From NCBI RefSeq assembly GCF_001194135.2, contig NC_068998.1:1795745-1828275 (forward strand): a stretch of 32,531 nucleotides of DNA, written 5' to 3'. Of this stretch, positions 11,661 to 23,827 are shown piece by piece. The notes beneath the pieces were generated by a model, which saw only the letters and a program-made list of their open reading frames with translations, was not told where the DNA came from and ran no database searches. The stretch comes from Octopus bimaculoides (lineage: Eukaryota). Each line of letters starts with the position of its first letter. Position 1 is the stretch's first letter. The translations under genes were made by a program, and so were the position numbers.

Positions 11661-14206
11661 ACGTAGTAGTTGTAGCAGTAGTAGTAGTAGAAGTAGTTAG
11701 TTCAAGAAAGGCGATGGCGGCGGGGGGACTGCTGCTGGTGCTCTGGCCCGCCGCCACGTCCAGCTTGGTGTTACCCTCTCTTCTTCCTTTCTTTGTATTT
11801 CACCAAGACATGATGGGGGGGATGACGCAGGAGGGAGCGGCGACTGGAGGAGCGGAGAGGAGACGGCCGAACTAGACTCAAATAGAACACACACGCACGC
11901 ACGCACGCACACGCATCCATAACACATGGGTGTTATGGATGTGTGTGCGTTTTTGCACCAGAGCTTGCGAATTCATTCAGAGTACATGTAATAGATACGT
12001 GCGTGTGTGTGTGTGAATGCACGCATGCATGCAATCCTAAGCAGACGTGTACACAGAGGAGGTTGTTAAAATGGGAGAGAGAGAGAAAGAAGGAGTAGTA
12101 AAGCAAGAGTTTGATCATAAATAAATATATATATATATATATACACGCAGAAACATGAATATACATACATACATAGACAGACAGAAGACAGATAGATAGA
12201 TAGAGAGAGAGAGAGATTGTGTGTGTTCATGTGCTGGATTCACAAGGCTGTATGTGCACTTAAGCGAATAAAGTTATACATACCTCTGTGTACACACAGA
12301 TATATACTCGCATGTATACACACACACACATATACATGAATGTATGTTTATATAAACATACATCCACATAAGGGTCAAAGCACGCGGGTGTTTCTAACAA
12401 CATCCACCACCATCATCATCATCATCATCACTAAGTGTATAATCAGTCTTCCTTGTGTGTGTGTGTGTGTCCAGGGTGAAGAACCTTTTAAAGGGGAAGA
12501 AGGACGGAAGAAATTAGAGACACGAGGGAGAAATAGAAAGAGAGAATAAAGGAGGAGGAAGAGGAGGAGAAGAATAAAGAATATAAATAAGAGGTGTAAA
12601 ATATGAAAAAAAAAAGAAACCTACAAAGAATTAAAGACAATAAATGTAATGTGTGTGTGTGTGTGTGGATGTAGAAATATGCGAAATGTGTGTGCGCGTG
12701 CGTGCATGTGTAAATGTAAAATATATATTTATGTAAAGTGTGTGTATGTTTCTGTATGTTATTGTGTGTGTGTGTTTGTTTATGTAAGTGTATGTCAATG
12801 AATTCGCGGGATTTTTTTTTTTTCATGGAAGTAAAAAAAGGCAGACTAAATTCTATACAATCTAAATAGAAGAGAAGCGGGTGTATATATCTGTGTGCGT
12901 TAGAAAAATATATTATATATAGTACAGATATAAGTGAGTAAATACANNNNNNNNNNNNNNNNNNNNNNNNNNNNNNNNNNNNNNNNNNNNNNNNNNNNNN
13001 NNNNNNNNNNNNNNNNNNNNNNNNNNATATATATATACACACATGTGTGTTCAGATTCGAAGTGATAAATTCACTTTACACAGCAATATATAAAACATTT
13101 TCAAAAAGGCCATTTCAAGGAAACGAATCCTTAAAAATAAGAACCCTTTCTCTCTTTCTCGTTCTCTCTCTCTTGCTTTCCCTTACTGTATCTCCTGCTC
13201 TCACTACTCCCATCACTCACTCTCTCTTAATTCTTTACATTTCTCCTACTCCTCCCACTATCACCACAACCTTAAGTGAAAAGAAAAGAAAAACTCGACC
13301 GATTCCAGGTTTTATACGTTCCTTGTTATTTTGTGTCCTTTTTTTTTTTTGGCTCCCCCCTTCTCTAACAGTCCTCTCACAGACTTCGGAACTACCGCCA
13401 ACACCATTTATCCTTCTACACACACACACACATATATAGCTACATATTTTTATATTTATACACACACACACATATATATTCTATATTTATAAACAGATAT
13501 TGTGTGTGCGTGTCGGCTTCCCTCTGCTATTTTTTTTTCTTTCTTTTGGCGTACCATGTTCCGGAATAGAAGCTATTCACCAAAGACAGCCTGAAACTTT
13601 AATACAATTCTTGTTGGAGGAATCCTCCTGAAGCTAACCCAGAGGTTAAAAAAAAAGGAACTGGACACAATATTATCATCTACACACATCCGTACATAAT
13701 TATTTATACATCTATCAACTGATATATACACAATTCTATACCCATGTATCAATGCATGCATACACACGAATGTATAATCTTCTAAACATGCATGATTCCT
13801 GCATGTATTATCAAACAGACAAGGAGATTAACGAGAAAGGGAGACGACGGTATATAGCTGTGTGGCGACCCTAAGTGGAAGCTGTGGCTGTTGGAACATT
13901 GGTGAAGATGATTCTGATGTGTCTAACGGTCTTCTTCTCAAAAATAATGACCACAACCACTAAAGCAGGAACAGAACTGTTTAAAGGATTCTTCACCAAG
14001 TCGCTAGAAACGTCTGACATAGTGTTGAACTTTACCATGATGATGATGAATGGAATAACGAGTTTTACGAGGAGAGAGATTGCTATGAATTCGATTCTAC
14101 TGGAATTGGTGAAGAGAATGGTGTTGATTAAAAGACAACTTGGTCAAATAACGATACCAGAATACATTCGGAGTATTACTTGCTGATTTTATCAATTATA
14201 CACGCC

Positions 14207-14275
<69 letters not shown>

Positions 14276-15010
14276 CCTTTCTCGCATCTCTGTGTGGGTT
14301 TTTTTTTTCTTTGCGAGTGTGTGTGTGTGTGTGTGCATATACACCTTATATATATATAGTCATATATATATTTGCACATAATATATATATAGACATCTAC
14401 TCACACACACATACCAAAATATATTAGATGTATCCATATATCCATCATATACTTCATATACCCACAATATAATACACGATCACTTATATATACCAAAATA
14501 TATTGTTGCATATATTACATACATATATATATACACACACACACATATACCTAATAATATAGATATATGTATATGTGAGTACATTTGTACACGTATATAT
14601 GTCTATAGTTCAATAGAAACGGAACTAAACTCAACAAGGAACCGAATCTTTGGTCTTTCTCCAAGATATTCATATACATACATATATACACACACACGCA
14701 CACTGGAGTTAATTCTGTCGACGATAATCCCCTTTATAAATTTGGTCCTAGGATATATCATTACATATGCAAGTGCCCTGCTTTAAATACACATCACATC
14801 CCATACACAGGCATATACAATTGTGTCTTATTTATTTCTATTTCATTTAGAATATCTTTCTGTTCAACATCTTCAGTCCTTGGATTTCGGTTATTTTGAT
14901 GCAGTTCACAACAAAACATTCGATATTTTTCTCAATGGAATCTCTTAAAGCTTTTCGGAAGAAAAAAAGACGAATTAAATAATTGTTTGCATTTAACACA
15001 ACGCAAAGAA

Positions 15011-15045
<35 letters not shown>

Positions 15046-15169
15046 TATATAATATATATCTATATATGTATATTTAATTTTTTTATAACACATTGTTTTT
15101 GTCAAGTATACACAAAACATATACGTGCACATGTATACATACACCATTTCATAGACACACACACACACA

Positions 15170-15226
<57 letters not shown>

Positions 15227-15759
15227 CACACACACACTGCATGCACATTGCATGAAAATATTACGTGTAGAAGCTACTCTGACGTAATGTGTTTTTAATA
15301 TAAACTAGCGTATATACAACACATTTATACACCCTATTTTCGTTTCCGCTCCCATGTTACTGCTTCCCTGTGTTAGAAGGTACCATTTTCCAAAATACAC
15401 ACACACACATATATACACACATGCACTCGTGTGCATTTTGTCAACACCTTTCTCTAATCAGTTTATTTCACCTCTCGCAAAACGAAACACGCACCTGCAC
15501 AGAACAAATTATATGTATGATGATAGATAGATAGATTCTCATGGTATTGCCTATCGTACTAAGAAATCTACCGAAACAACACTAAAACCAAGACCACGTT
15601 TAGAATCTGGTGTGGTTGGTGTTTATTTTATAATACTTGGGCACTTATCGCTACTAAATAAATGATTATTAATTTATTGTAGTTACGTGTCCTAAACCTT
15701 ACACGAAAGCTTCCTTAAGTACTCCTACTAGATCAGGGTATACACGTATACAATAATAT

Positions 15760-15931
15760 ACAGTAACAAATGTATATATAAACATATAACCACCCATAAA
15801 CCTACAATATCAACTGTATATAACATTATATATAACCATCCACATACAATAACATCTATAAACATAGATAACCACTCATACACACACAGTAACAACTGTA
15901 TATGTATTATATACGTGTATAACTATTCACA
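15760..15931. repeat. Degenerate ~43-bp AT-rich minisatellite, ~4 units
   Basis: Recurring ACA(G/A)TAACAACTGTATAT...ATAACCA(C/T)CC-like units. Confidence 0.55.
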
Positions 15932-16087
15932 CATCCAGTTCTCCCCGGCGCCGCCCTCACAATCCAATTACTTGACCTGGTATAGCCAGTGTTTCATTTA
16001 TTTATAATATATATATATATATACATACAGTTCAGCCTTCAGTTTAATCCTATCCCAAACCCCAGTTTCCGCCCTCCATACACATAC

Positions 16088-16130
<43 letters not shown>

Positions 16131-16815
16131 TATAGATACATATATGTATATAAGCTATTTAAGGTCTCTTTAGATACCAAACCGTAGTTGGAATAAGGAA
16201 ACATCTTTCAATATCTAGAGTTTACCGATATATCATTTATAATAGTATATTGAAAATAGAAATAATATAATATATATATACAAATATATATATCATAAAA
16301 AAACTTAGACCGTCATAGCTGTGTGCAGTATATATATGTGTGTGTGTGTACACATGCATTTATAACAACAAATGTAGAATACGAATGAAATAGGATATAT
16401 AAAGTTATATTTTATGTCAAAAAACCTTGATAATTTACTCGTTATTCTTTAGTAAATAACAATACCTAACCACAATTCTAAATAATTTCGCCAACATTTT
16501 TTTTTTTCCAACTAGGTACGTAAAGTCCGTATTAAGACAACGGGAGTATAGATAACTTGGGTGTATATGCATATATATAGAGTTGTATATAAGCCTTGAG
16601 GTATATATATATATTATATATGTATGTAATTTATATTATACACTTAGCTAATAACTACACACAGCTTCTGAAATTCGACACCCATATATACATACACTTC
16701 CCACATCTACATACAAGATAATATATATATACACGCACACATACAGACAAACGGTTATTCACTGGGTACAAATGCATTAATACGTGCACATATATACAGT
16801 ATATGTATAATAATT

Positions 16816-16850
<35 letters not shown>

Positions 16851-17024
16851 CTAATTGAATGTATGTATATATGTAATATACAAGACAGAAAGATTTTTTT
16901 AAATAATTTAACTCGGAAAGCTACAATCTTTATTTTAAAATTCGACGGACGGATATATATTTTTTCCCAACGTGTTTCTGAGTGTGTTTTTACATATGTC
17001 TTCGTGGCAACATCGGCCTTTGTC

Positions 17025-17638
17025 ATGGGTGATGCTACAGGTCGAACGAAGCCCTCAAATTCAACCAGAAGCGCCTGTAAGGACAGTCTGCAATGCTGCT
17101 TTTCGCCACAGACGGCGACGACAAGGAGACAAAAATCTGCGACGATGTCGACAACAAAGAAATTTCAGGACTACCATAATAAAAATGGAATTAGTCGACA
17201 AGACGGACAAAGCAAGTGGCACCTCGCCCAAAATGGTAAGGTGGTCACCAGTGCAGTATCATCGGGTACGTGGCCGGGTACACGCCTCTCTCGGATTTTC
17301 CTAGCGGTTTTCTTACTTCTAGTTTTTTCCAGTCATGGTATTGAAGCACCATGCCCCCCTGGATGTACGTGCAAAATAACAAACCCCAAAAACAGGGGAC
17401 AAAGCTCGCGTGAATCCCACTCCAAGCCGGCCTTGTTGCAGCCGCCTTCACATCTTCGACCCGGACCGAGTTCAAGCGGGCCTGGCGGCAGTTCTAAGGT
17501 CGGCGTTGGTGTTGGGACCACAGCTGCCCCTAAAAATCGAACAGTATCTCACAAAGTGAGCTGTTCTGAGAATGAACAACCATTCACTGATTTATCGGAA
17601 ATGATAAAAAATGATTTACCAGAAAACGTTGTCCAACT
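17025..17638 (+). CDS. First coding exon of a secreted/membrane leucine-rich-repeat protein (signal peptide + LRRNT cap + start of first LRR); best guess ADGRA2/3 (GPR124/GPR125)-like adhesion GPCR. The start may be ATG 17025 or ATG 17145.
   Basis: The only non-repetitive, coding-like long frame in the window. It has a hydrophobic segment IFLAVFLLLVFSSHG-IEA, then CPPGCTC (17352-17372), KVSCS (Cys 17562) and DLPENVVQL. It ends at a canonical donor CT|GTAAGT (GT at 17639-17640) that splits the Leu codon in phase 2, typical of LRR exon boundaries. KVSCS...LPENVVQL recalls KVVCS...LPNRTVTL at the end of vertebrate ADGRA3 exon 1 (from memory, not aligned). Confidence 0.8.
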
Positions 17639-17730
17639 GTAAGTACACACTTCTGACCTACTTAAACCTCCTTGTCTTCGAGTTGCTTTCAATTATATTA
17701 ATAATAATAATAATAATGTTCTTTTTACAG

Positions 17731-17790
17731 GAACACAAGGCCGGAATTTGGGGGCGGGGGTTAAATCACCTCCAGTATTACATCGATATT
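17731..17790 (-). mobile_element. Family A SINE 3' fragment, degraded
   Basis: CACAAGGCCGGAATTTGGGGG...TTACATCGA resembles the reverse complement of the family A tail. Confidence 0.55.
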
Positions 17791-17981
17791 TTAGTTGGGT
17801 TCATTTAATTAACTAATAATAATTTTGTTTATTTCTAAGTCTCATCATGATGTATAGTGTAAATATTGTGTGTAGAGACACATACATGCATACATACTCG
17901 CATATACACGCGCGTGTATGTAAACATGGGTGCATTGCAATGGTATATATTTTGGTGTAATGCTGCCTTTGGTATTCATGA

Positions 17982-18041
<60 letters not shown>

Positions 18042-18429
18042 TGATGGTGTGTATGTGTGTTATGATTCTGTGACTAACGCATTAATACAGGTTTGAAGAT
18101 ATAGAAGGGTTAGTCCTTAATCTCGAAACTATGACAACCAGGGATTAGCTTATATCTGACTCGCGGATTATTGAGCTAGAACTGTGCATGCATTCATGCA
18201 AATGTATTTGTGTGTGGTCTTTGTGTATAATGTTATAGGCACGTGTGTGTCGGTGGCGGCGAAGGCCGTTTGCTTTCAGGGATCAAATTTATATCAACTG
18301 ATATTTCTTGAGCTGTAATTCTGCTCATATCAGCTTTATTTTTCAATTACACTAATAACAGTAATATACTGAGGGCAGGCGGAGGGGGGGGGGGTTAATT
18401 TCCACTTGTTACATTATCTGCTACAAGAT

Positions 18430-18633
18430 ACGTGGTGTGTGTTATGGTTGTTTAGCTTCCAGATTAGTCTTGATCCAGCCATCCTGTGACCCAAAGCATT
18501 CCAGAAATGACTACCCCATCTAAATTTTCACACACATCTCAGACAACCCAATGTGTCATTCTTTAAAAAAATAGCAGGGTGTGATTTGAGGGCGATTTGG
18601 TTGTTATTTTTTACAGGTCAAGTGACCACAGAG
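18430..18633 (+). mobile_element. Family D dispersed repeat, long copy
   Basis: CATTCCAGAAATGACTACCCCATC...GGTGTGATTTGAGGGCGATTTGGTTGTTATTTTTACAGGTCAAGTGACCAC. Confidence 0.7.
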
Positions 18634-19596
18634 AGAATGTGGGGGGACTCCCCTTTTGGTACAGTGTGACATGGAGTTAAGCAAATGTCTGCATTTAGTT
18701 CCAAATTCAGATTTACCAGTTCTTGAGAAGTTCGGCTGCTGGCAACATCTTGGAGGTCTGCAATGCCGCTAAGAATGGCAAAGTTTATCTTGTTGCAAAT
18801 ATCCGGATCAGATCCACCCTCTCTCTCCTTGTCCACACAAGTTCCTTACTGTAGGGTGGTGGTGATGGAAGGGGCCAACAACTGATGTTGAGACTGGACA
18901 TCAACTCCATCAATGCCCACCATCAAATATCACAGCCACTGCCCCAGTCCTCCACCCTCCACACTCACCTGATTAACCACTGCAAAAACTTATTTAAACA
19001 CAAAATGTTGCCTTAACATGGCCTTAACTGTGAGCATTATTAAAACAAGTGAAAGAACTGAAGACAATTCCTAGGAAGGAACTTTACAATATGGTGTAGC
19101 TGTCCTTCGAAGTTCCATATGGTTTTTTTCCCCCTTTTTTTTTTAAGTATTCTTAACTGAAATTATATATTTCTGGAAAAAAAATTTTCCAAAACATTTC
19201 CAAGTTTATTTCTTAACATTTTTGCACCACCAACCCTCCCCTCTTCCGTACCTCTTTCCCTTCCAATGCGATTTGGGATTTTGAGAAAGAGCTACTCCAG
19301 AACCTCACCCACTTACGATAAGCTCCATTTCTTATCTCTGTAATACTTTAGTTACTATTGACTGTGTGTGTGAGAGAGAGATGAACTGGCAGACAGAGAC
19401 CACCATCAGCTTTGTCTGTTTTTCCATGCTGGCATGGGTTGGATGAATGCCCTCCAACAATGTCCTGCTCCAGCTTGCATTTCTTTGTCTTCTCTTTTGT
19501 GAGGTTCAGTCTCCAAAGATCAGCCTTTACCACTTCTCCCCGTCTTTCTTTGGATCCTTCTTCATGAATCTCCTGACATTTCTTCACTCACCTATC

Positions 19597-19850
19597 CTCA
19601 TCATCATTAGAACATCCACTTTTCCATGCTTGCATCGGTCAAAATTCACAGATGCAGATATTCTATGGCCAGATGCCCTTCCTGTCACCAATCCTCACCA
19701 GTTTCCAAGCAACATATTTCCTCCATGGCCAGACACATTTTCACAGATTAGAAATGAATGACACTGCTTGTATGACGGTGACACTCGTTTACAACTATCA
19801 CACAACCTCAATACAAAGAGACACAAACCTACACAAAACACATGCCAGCA
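19597..19850 (-). mobile_element. Family C retroposon 3' part
   Basis: CATCATCAT...TTTTCCATGCTTGCAT...AGATGCCCTTCCTGTCACCAATCCTCACC matches 22480-22630 and the reverse complement of 30660-30785. Confidence 0.75.
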
Positions 19851-19897
19851 TGGGAGATGGGCATTGGAAAATGATGATGATGATGAAATACACGTAT

Positions 19898-20339
19898 CTT
19901 GTATCAGTCATTAGACTGTGGTCATACTGGGGCACCACCTTGAAGAATTCTTTTAGTCAAATGAATCATCCCCAATACTTTTTTTTTAAGCCTGGTACTT
20001 ATACTATTGATCTCTTTTGCTGAACCTCTAAGTCACAGGGACATAAACACGCTAACACACATCATCGAGGTGTAGGGAAACAAACACACACAATCATATA
20101 GCAAGCTTCTTACCACACAGCCACATCCGTACCACATAAAGCTACACTTTCACCTATACACACACACATACACATACACACAGATCAGGTTTGTTTTCAG
20201 TTTTCACCAATCAAATACACTCATAAACCTTTAATCAATCTAGGGCTATAGTAGAACACACTTGCCCTAGGTTCCATGCAGTGGGACAGAACCCAGAACC
20301 ATATGGTTGGGAAGCAAACTTCTTAACCACACAGCCGTG
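19898..20339 (-). mobile_element. Family B SINE, composite (3' part 19898-20100, extra head fragment ~20100-20125, 5' part ~20190-20339)
   Basis: CAGTCATTAGACTGTGGTCAT, AAGCCTGGTACTTAT, GGGCTATAGTAGAACACACTTGCCC, AACCATATGGTTGGGAAGCAAACTTCTTAACCACACAGCC. Confidence 0.8.
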
Positions 20340-20509
20340 AGGTCACAGTGACACAGGTCAGGAAATATGACATGTCATAGATATGTTAAGATGTATCTGA
20401 TGTCTGTTGGAACTGAAAAATGAAGAGATGAGACCAGGCAACTGGTACCCAACCACTGTTGACCAGTTTCTTCAGTAGAACAGTTCTGAGTTAATCAAAG
20501 GTACCTGTA

Positions 20510-20665
20510 TGTGGTCTCTTGACCTCCTAGAAATGGTAGCCAAAGCTTCTTTTAGATAATGTGATTTTGGGTTCCCTTTACATAAGTAAAAGGTGGGCTG
20601 GTCGTGGCTGGACTGTCTTTGATTTTAGGTCTACTTGATCAGGAACAAAGTAGGGCTAAATAACA
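20510..20665 (-). mobile_element. Family D dispersed repeat
   Basis: TCTCTTGACCTCCTAGAAATGGTAGCCAAA and GGTCGTGGCTGGACTGTCTTTGAT are reverse complements of family D blocks. Confidence 0.55.
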
Positions 20666-20929
20666 AGTCTAATGTGCATGTAAACAAATGTAATGTAAAG
20701 ACTTGCTAAGCCCCTTTCTTTACAGGGGCTTTTAAGGGCCACCAGAGATAAGTACTTGTTTCATGGTCCTCTTTCACCACAACTTTCTTTCATTCTTTAT
20801 TCCTGTTTCTCTTCTACCTGTATTTCAAAGGGCCAGCCTTGTCACACTCTGTGTCACACTGAATCTCTCTGAGAACTATGTTAAGGGTACATGTGTCTGT
20901 GGAGTGCTCAGCCACTTGCATGTTAATAA

Positions 20930-21122
20930 ATGAGCTGCAACGTCACTGGTGCCAAGATGTATCGGCCTTTGCCTTTCCCATGGGTAACATCAGTGGTGTG
21001 GAGAGGGGAGACCGGTATGCATGGGTGACTGCTGGTCTTCCATAAACAACCTTGCCCAGACTTGTGCCTTGGAGGGTAACTTTCTAGGTGCAATCCCATG
21101 GTCAGTCATGACCGAAGGGGGT
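20930..21122 (+). mobile_element. Probable SINE/LINE 3' tail (RTE-like ending)
   Basis: It ends in CCCATGGTCAGTCATGACCGAAGGGGGTC, and the body resembles mollusc SINE tails I recall. It is single-copy in this window, so it is not self-verified. Confidence 0.4.
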
Positions 21123-21229
21123 CACAACACAACAAATATATATATATATTTATGTATGTACGTGCCTACACACACACAAACAGACCAATGAAGGGCAGTA
21201 GGTCAAAACTTTAAAGTTATTGTCACATC

Positions 21230-21670
21230 TGTTTTTGTAAAAGTTTATTCAGCATGTGCTCTACCAAAGAAAGTATTGAGTAATGACATTCGTGAATAGT
21301 CTGTATGTGTCTAATTTCACAGAGAACTGCAAAGCATGACTTGTTACCAAAGGGTCTGGGTTCAGTAAATGCTTCCCTGGGCATGGACATATTAAAGCTC
21401 CAAAGTCTAGCAACTGGTTTGGTAGACCCCCCCCACAAAATTATCTACTATCCTTCCAACAACAACCTTGGGCATCTTTTTGAATTCCATGGGTCTAACA
21501 CTCGCGGACATGCTTACAGAATCAAAGAAACGACACAGCTACTTTCAGAAACATTTTTTTTGATGCTCAGACTTGCTGAAGCATCGAATAAACTGCATCA
21601 CTTGTTAGCTGTCAGGAAACTGCATCCTTCAAAACTTCCATGCTTTCTGAAATTCGCTAACAGTATATCT
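21230..21670 (+). mobile_element. Decayed 3' end of a CR1/L2-group LINE ORF2
   Basis: The translation SQRTAK...SLGMDILKLQSL...HKII...SNTRGHAYRIK, then a shifted frame with KHFF...NKL, mirrors the CR1-clade C-terminal motifs QRRATK / LGL.SL..RR / YKI / TRGH..KL / FF..RV...WN.L. It is frameshifted and degenerate. Confidence 0.7.
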
Positions 21671-21714
21671 GATGTCCTCCTCCTTCTTTATAATGTCTTT
21701 AATCTTGAACTGGT

Positions 21715-21804
21715 TGCAGTCATTGGAGTGTGACCATGCTACAGCATTGTCATATCAAATAGTTAAGTTATCTTTTGGCTTAAACATTGTACTACACCAA
21801 TACA

Positions 21805-21838
<34 letters not shown>

Positions 21839-21985
21839 ACTGGCTACTGCCAGTTTCCATCTACCAAATTCCACTCACAAGGTCATTGGTCAGCCCAATT
21901 CTATATTAGAATGCACTTACCCAAGTTGCTGTGTTGTGAGATTGAACCAAGAGCCATGAGCTTGCCAAGCAAACTTCTGAACCAC
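21715..21985 (-). mobile_element. Family B SINE, internally deleted
   Basis: Tail CAGTCATTGGAGTGTGACCATGC. Body CAGTTTCCATCTACCAAATTCCACTCACAAGG. Head GCAAACTTCTGAACCAC. Confidence 0.7.
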
Positions 21986-22403
21986 CTTGTATACATACCT
22001 GTATACATGTGCAATACTATTATCGCATGTGTACACTCATAGCACAGCTGTAAGATATATAACCATAACACACATGTATATGCAACCATAATACACATAT
22101 TTATACATGCAAGAAGATACAGCCACAAACATGATGCATGCATGTGTACATGCATACATACAAAGTTTGTTTCACTCACCTGAACAGGTAAAACCTTGAA
22201 CTAAGCTGCACAGGAATGTTTACCTTGGATGAATATTTACTGCAACAGAATCAACTAAATGCACATAAATGCTACATCAAAGGATACTAGGACACCGATT
22301 CTGCAGAAACATGTGTCAGATTGGAATTTAATGAGACTAATGCTGTAATAAAACAAATTCTGAAGATTCTCCATTCTTCTTTATGATGTCTTGGTTATTT
22401 GGT

Positions 22404-22434
<31 letters not shown>

Positions 22435-22479
22435 GATCTCTTCATTTTCAAACTTATATATATATATATATATATATAT

Positions 22480-22840
22480 CATCATCATCATCGTTTAACG
22501 TCTGCTTTCCATGCTAGCATGGGTTGGACGATTTGACTGAGGACTGGTGAAACCGGATGGCTACACCAGGCTCCAATCTAATTTGGCAGAGTTTCTACAG
22601 CTGGATGCCCTTCCTAACACCAACCACTCAGAGAGTGTAGTGGGTGCTTTTACGTGTCACCCGCACGAAAACGGCCACACTCGAAATGGTGTCTTTTATG
22701 TGCCACCCGCACAAGAGCCAGTCCAGGGGCACTGGCAACGATCTCGCTCGAAAACCCTACAAGGCCAGTCAGGCGGTACTGGCAACGGTCACGCTCAGGA
22801 TGGTACATCTTATGTGCCACCCGCACAAGAGCCAATGACA
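22480..22840 (-). mobile_element. Family C retroposon 3' part, well preserved, with (GAT)n tail and internal tandem duplications
   Basis: (CAT)n-CGTTTAACGTCTGCTTTCCATGCTAGCATGGGTTGG...GGATGCCCTTCC is shared with 19597-19700. An internal 25-bp exact repeat lies at 22696 and 22810. Confidence 0.75.
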
Positions 22841-22906
22841 CCAATACAATACCAAAATGAAATTTCAACAAAAGTATAAAAGTATATATATATATACACA
22901 TACATA

Positions 22907-23116
22907 CAGTAGTACCTCGGTTTTCGAACAACTCTGATCGCAAATAAATTGTGCTTTATATAGATAGATAGACAGATGGATAAAGCACGATTTATTCATG
23001 ATCAGAGATGTTTGTAAACTGAGGTGCAACTGTATTAAATGAATATGAGAAAAACAGGAGATGAAGTAGATTTATTCATAATCAGAGCTGTTCGAAAACT
23101 GAGGTACTGCTCTGTG
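22907..23116. mobile_element. Tc1/mariner-pogo (Tigger-like) MITE remnant
   Basis: TA|CAGTAGTACCTCGG start. Inverted repeats 22909-22949 and 23070-23110 match at 34/41. No ORF. Confidence 0.6.
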
Positions 23117-23445
23117 TGTGTGTATATATAAATATATATATATATATATATACATATGAGACAGATAGTGAGGATAAACATATGCAAACATACATGGTAG
23201 TCATAGATATACAAGTATATATATATAGCATAGTACGTATGTATAATGTACATCTAAGTATATAAAACAATGATGTGTTTATGCATAATTAACATCTTCA
23301 GTAGTTGGATGTATGTGTGTATGCTCATTTGTGTATTGTGCACTCTTGTCAAAAGAAGTTTCCCTAAAAAGAGGATATCTCCATTCTCTGAAATGAAAGC
23401 TTTTCTTAAAGAAACTTTGTCCAAAAAAGCAGTTCATGTAATGGG

Positions 23446-23476
<31 letters not shown>

Positions 23477-23827
23477 GGAGCCTGAATATCAAGATTATTC
23501 CCAAATATGACCATTTCACAAAATAGATGCCCTTCCTGTTAGTGGTCACATGATTGTAGCTGAAGTTATTTAGCCCTTAAAAAGGCAGACAGCTGCGATT
23601 GATGTTTCAAAAGTTTCACATGGATTGTGACCATCAGTCAAGGGAAATTGAATATTTTATGGCACTTTCCAATATTGAGATTGTAAAATTTATTAAGAGA
23701 GAGAGAATTATTATAGTTTTTGTACTTATCTAAAGTGAAAACAAGAATGAAAATTACCCTTAAGAAAGGATATTATTTTCACACATTTGCTGTACATTTT
23801 CGTGAAGCCCTTTTCTGCCATTTAAGG

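Noticed and set aside
15930-16085. GC-box/CCAAT/Inr-like words ~1 kb upstream of the LRR exon
   Set aside because: These are short motifs expected by chance and are split by a (TA)n tract; no independent support.
22547-22879. 110-aa ORF with an internal YVPPAQEP repeat
   Set aside because: It lies antisense within a family C retroposon, and the peptide repeat reflects the element's DNA duplication.
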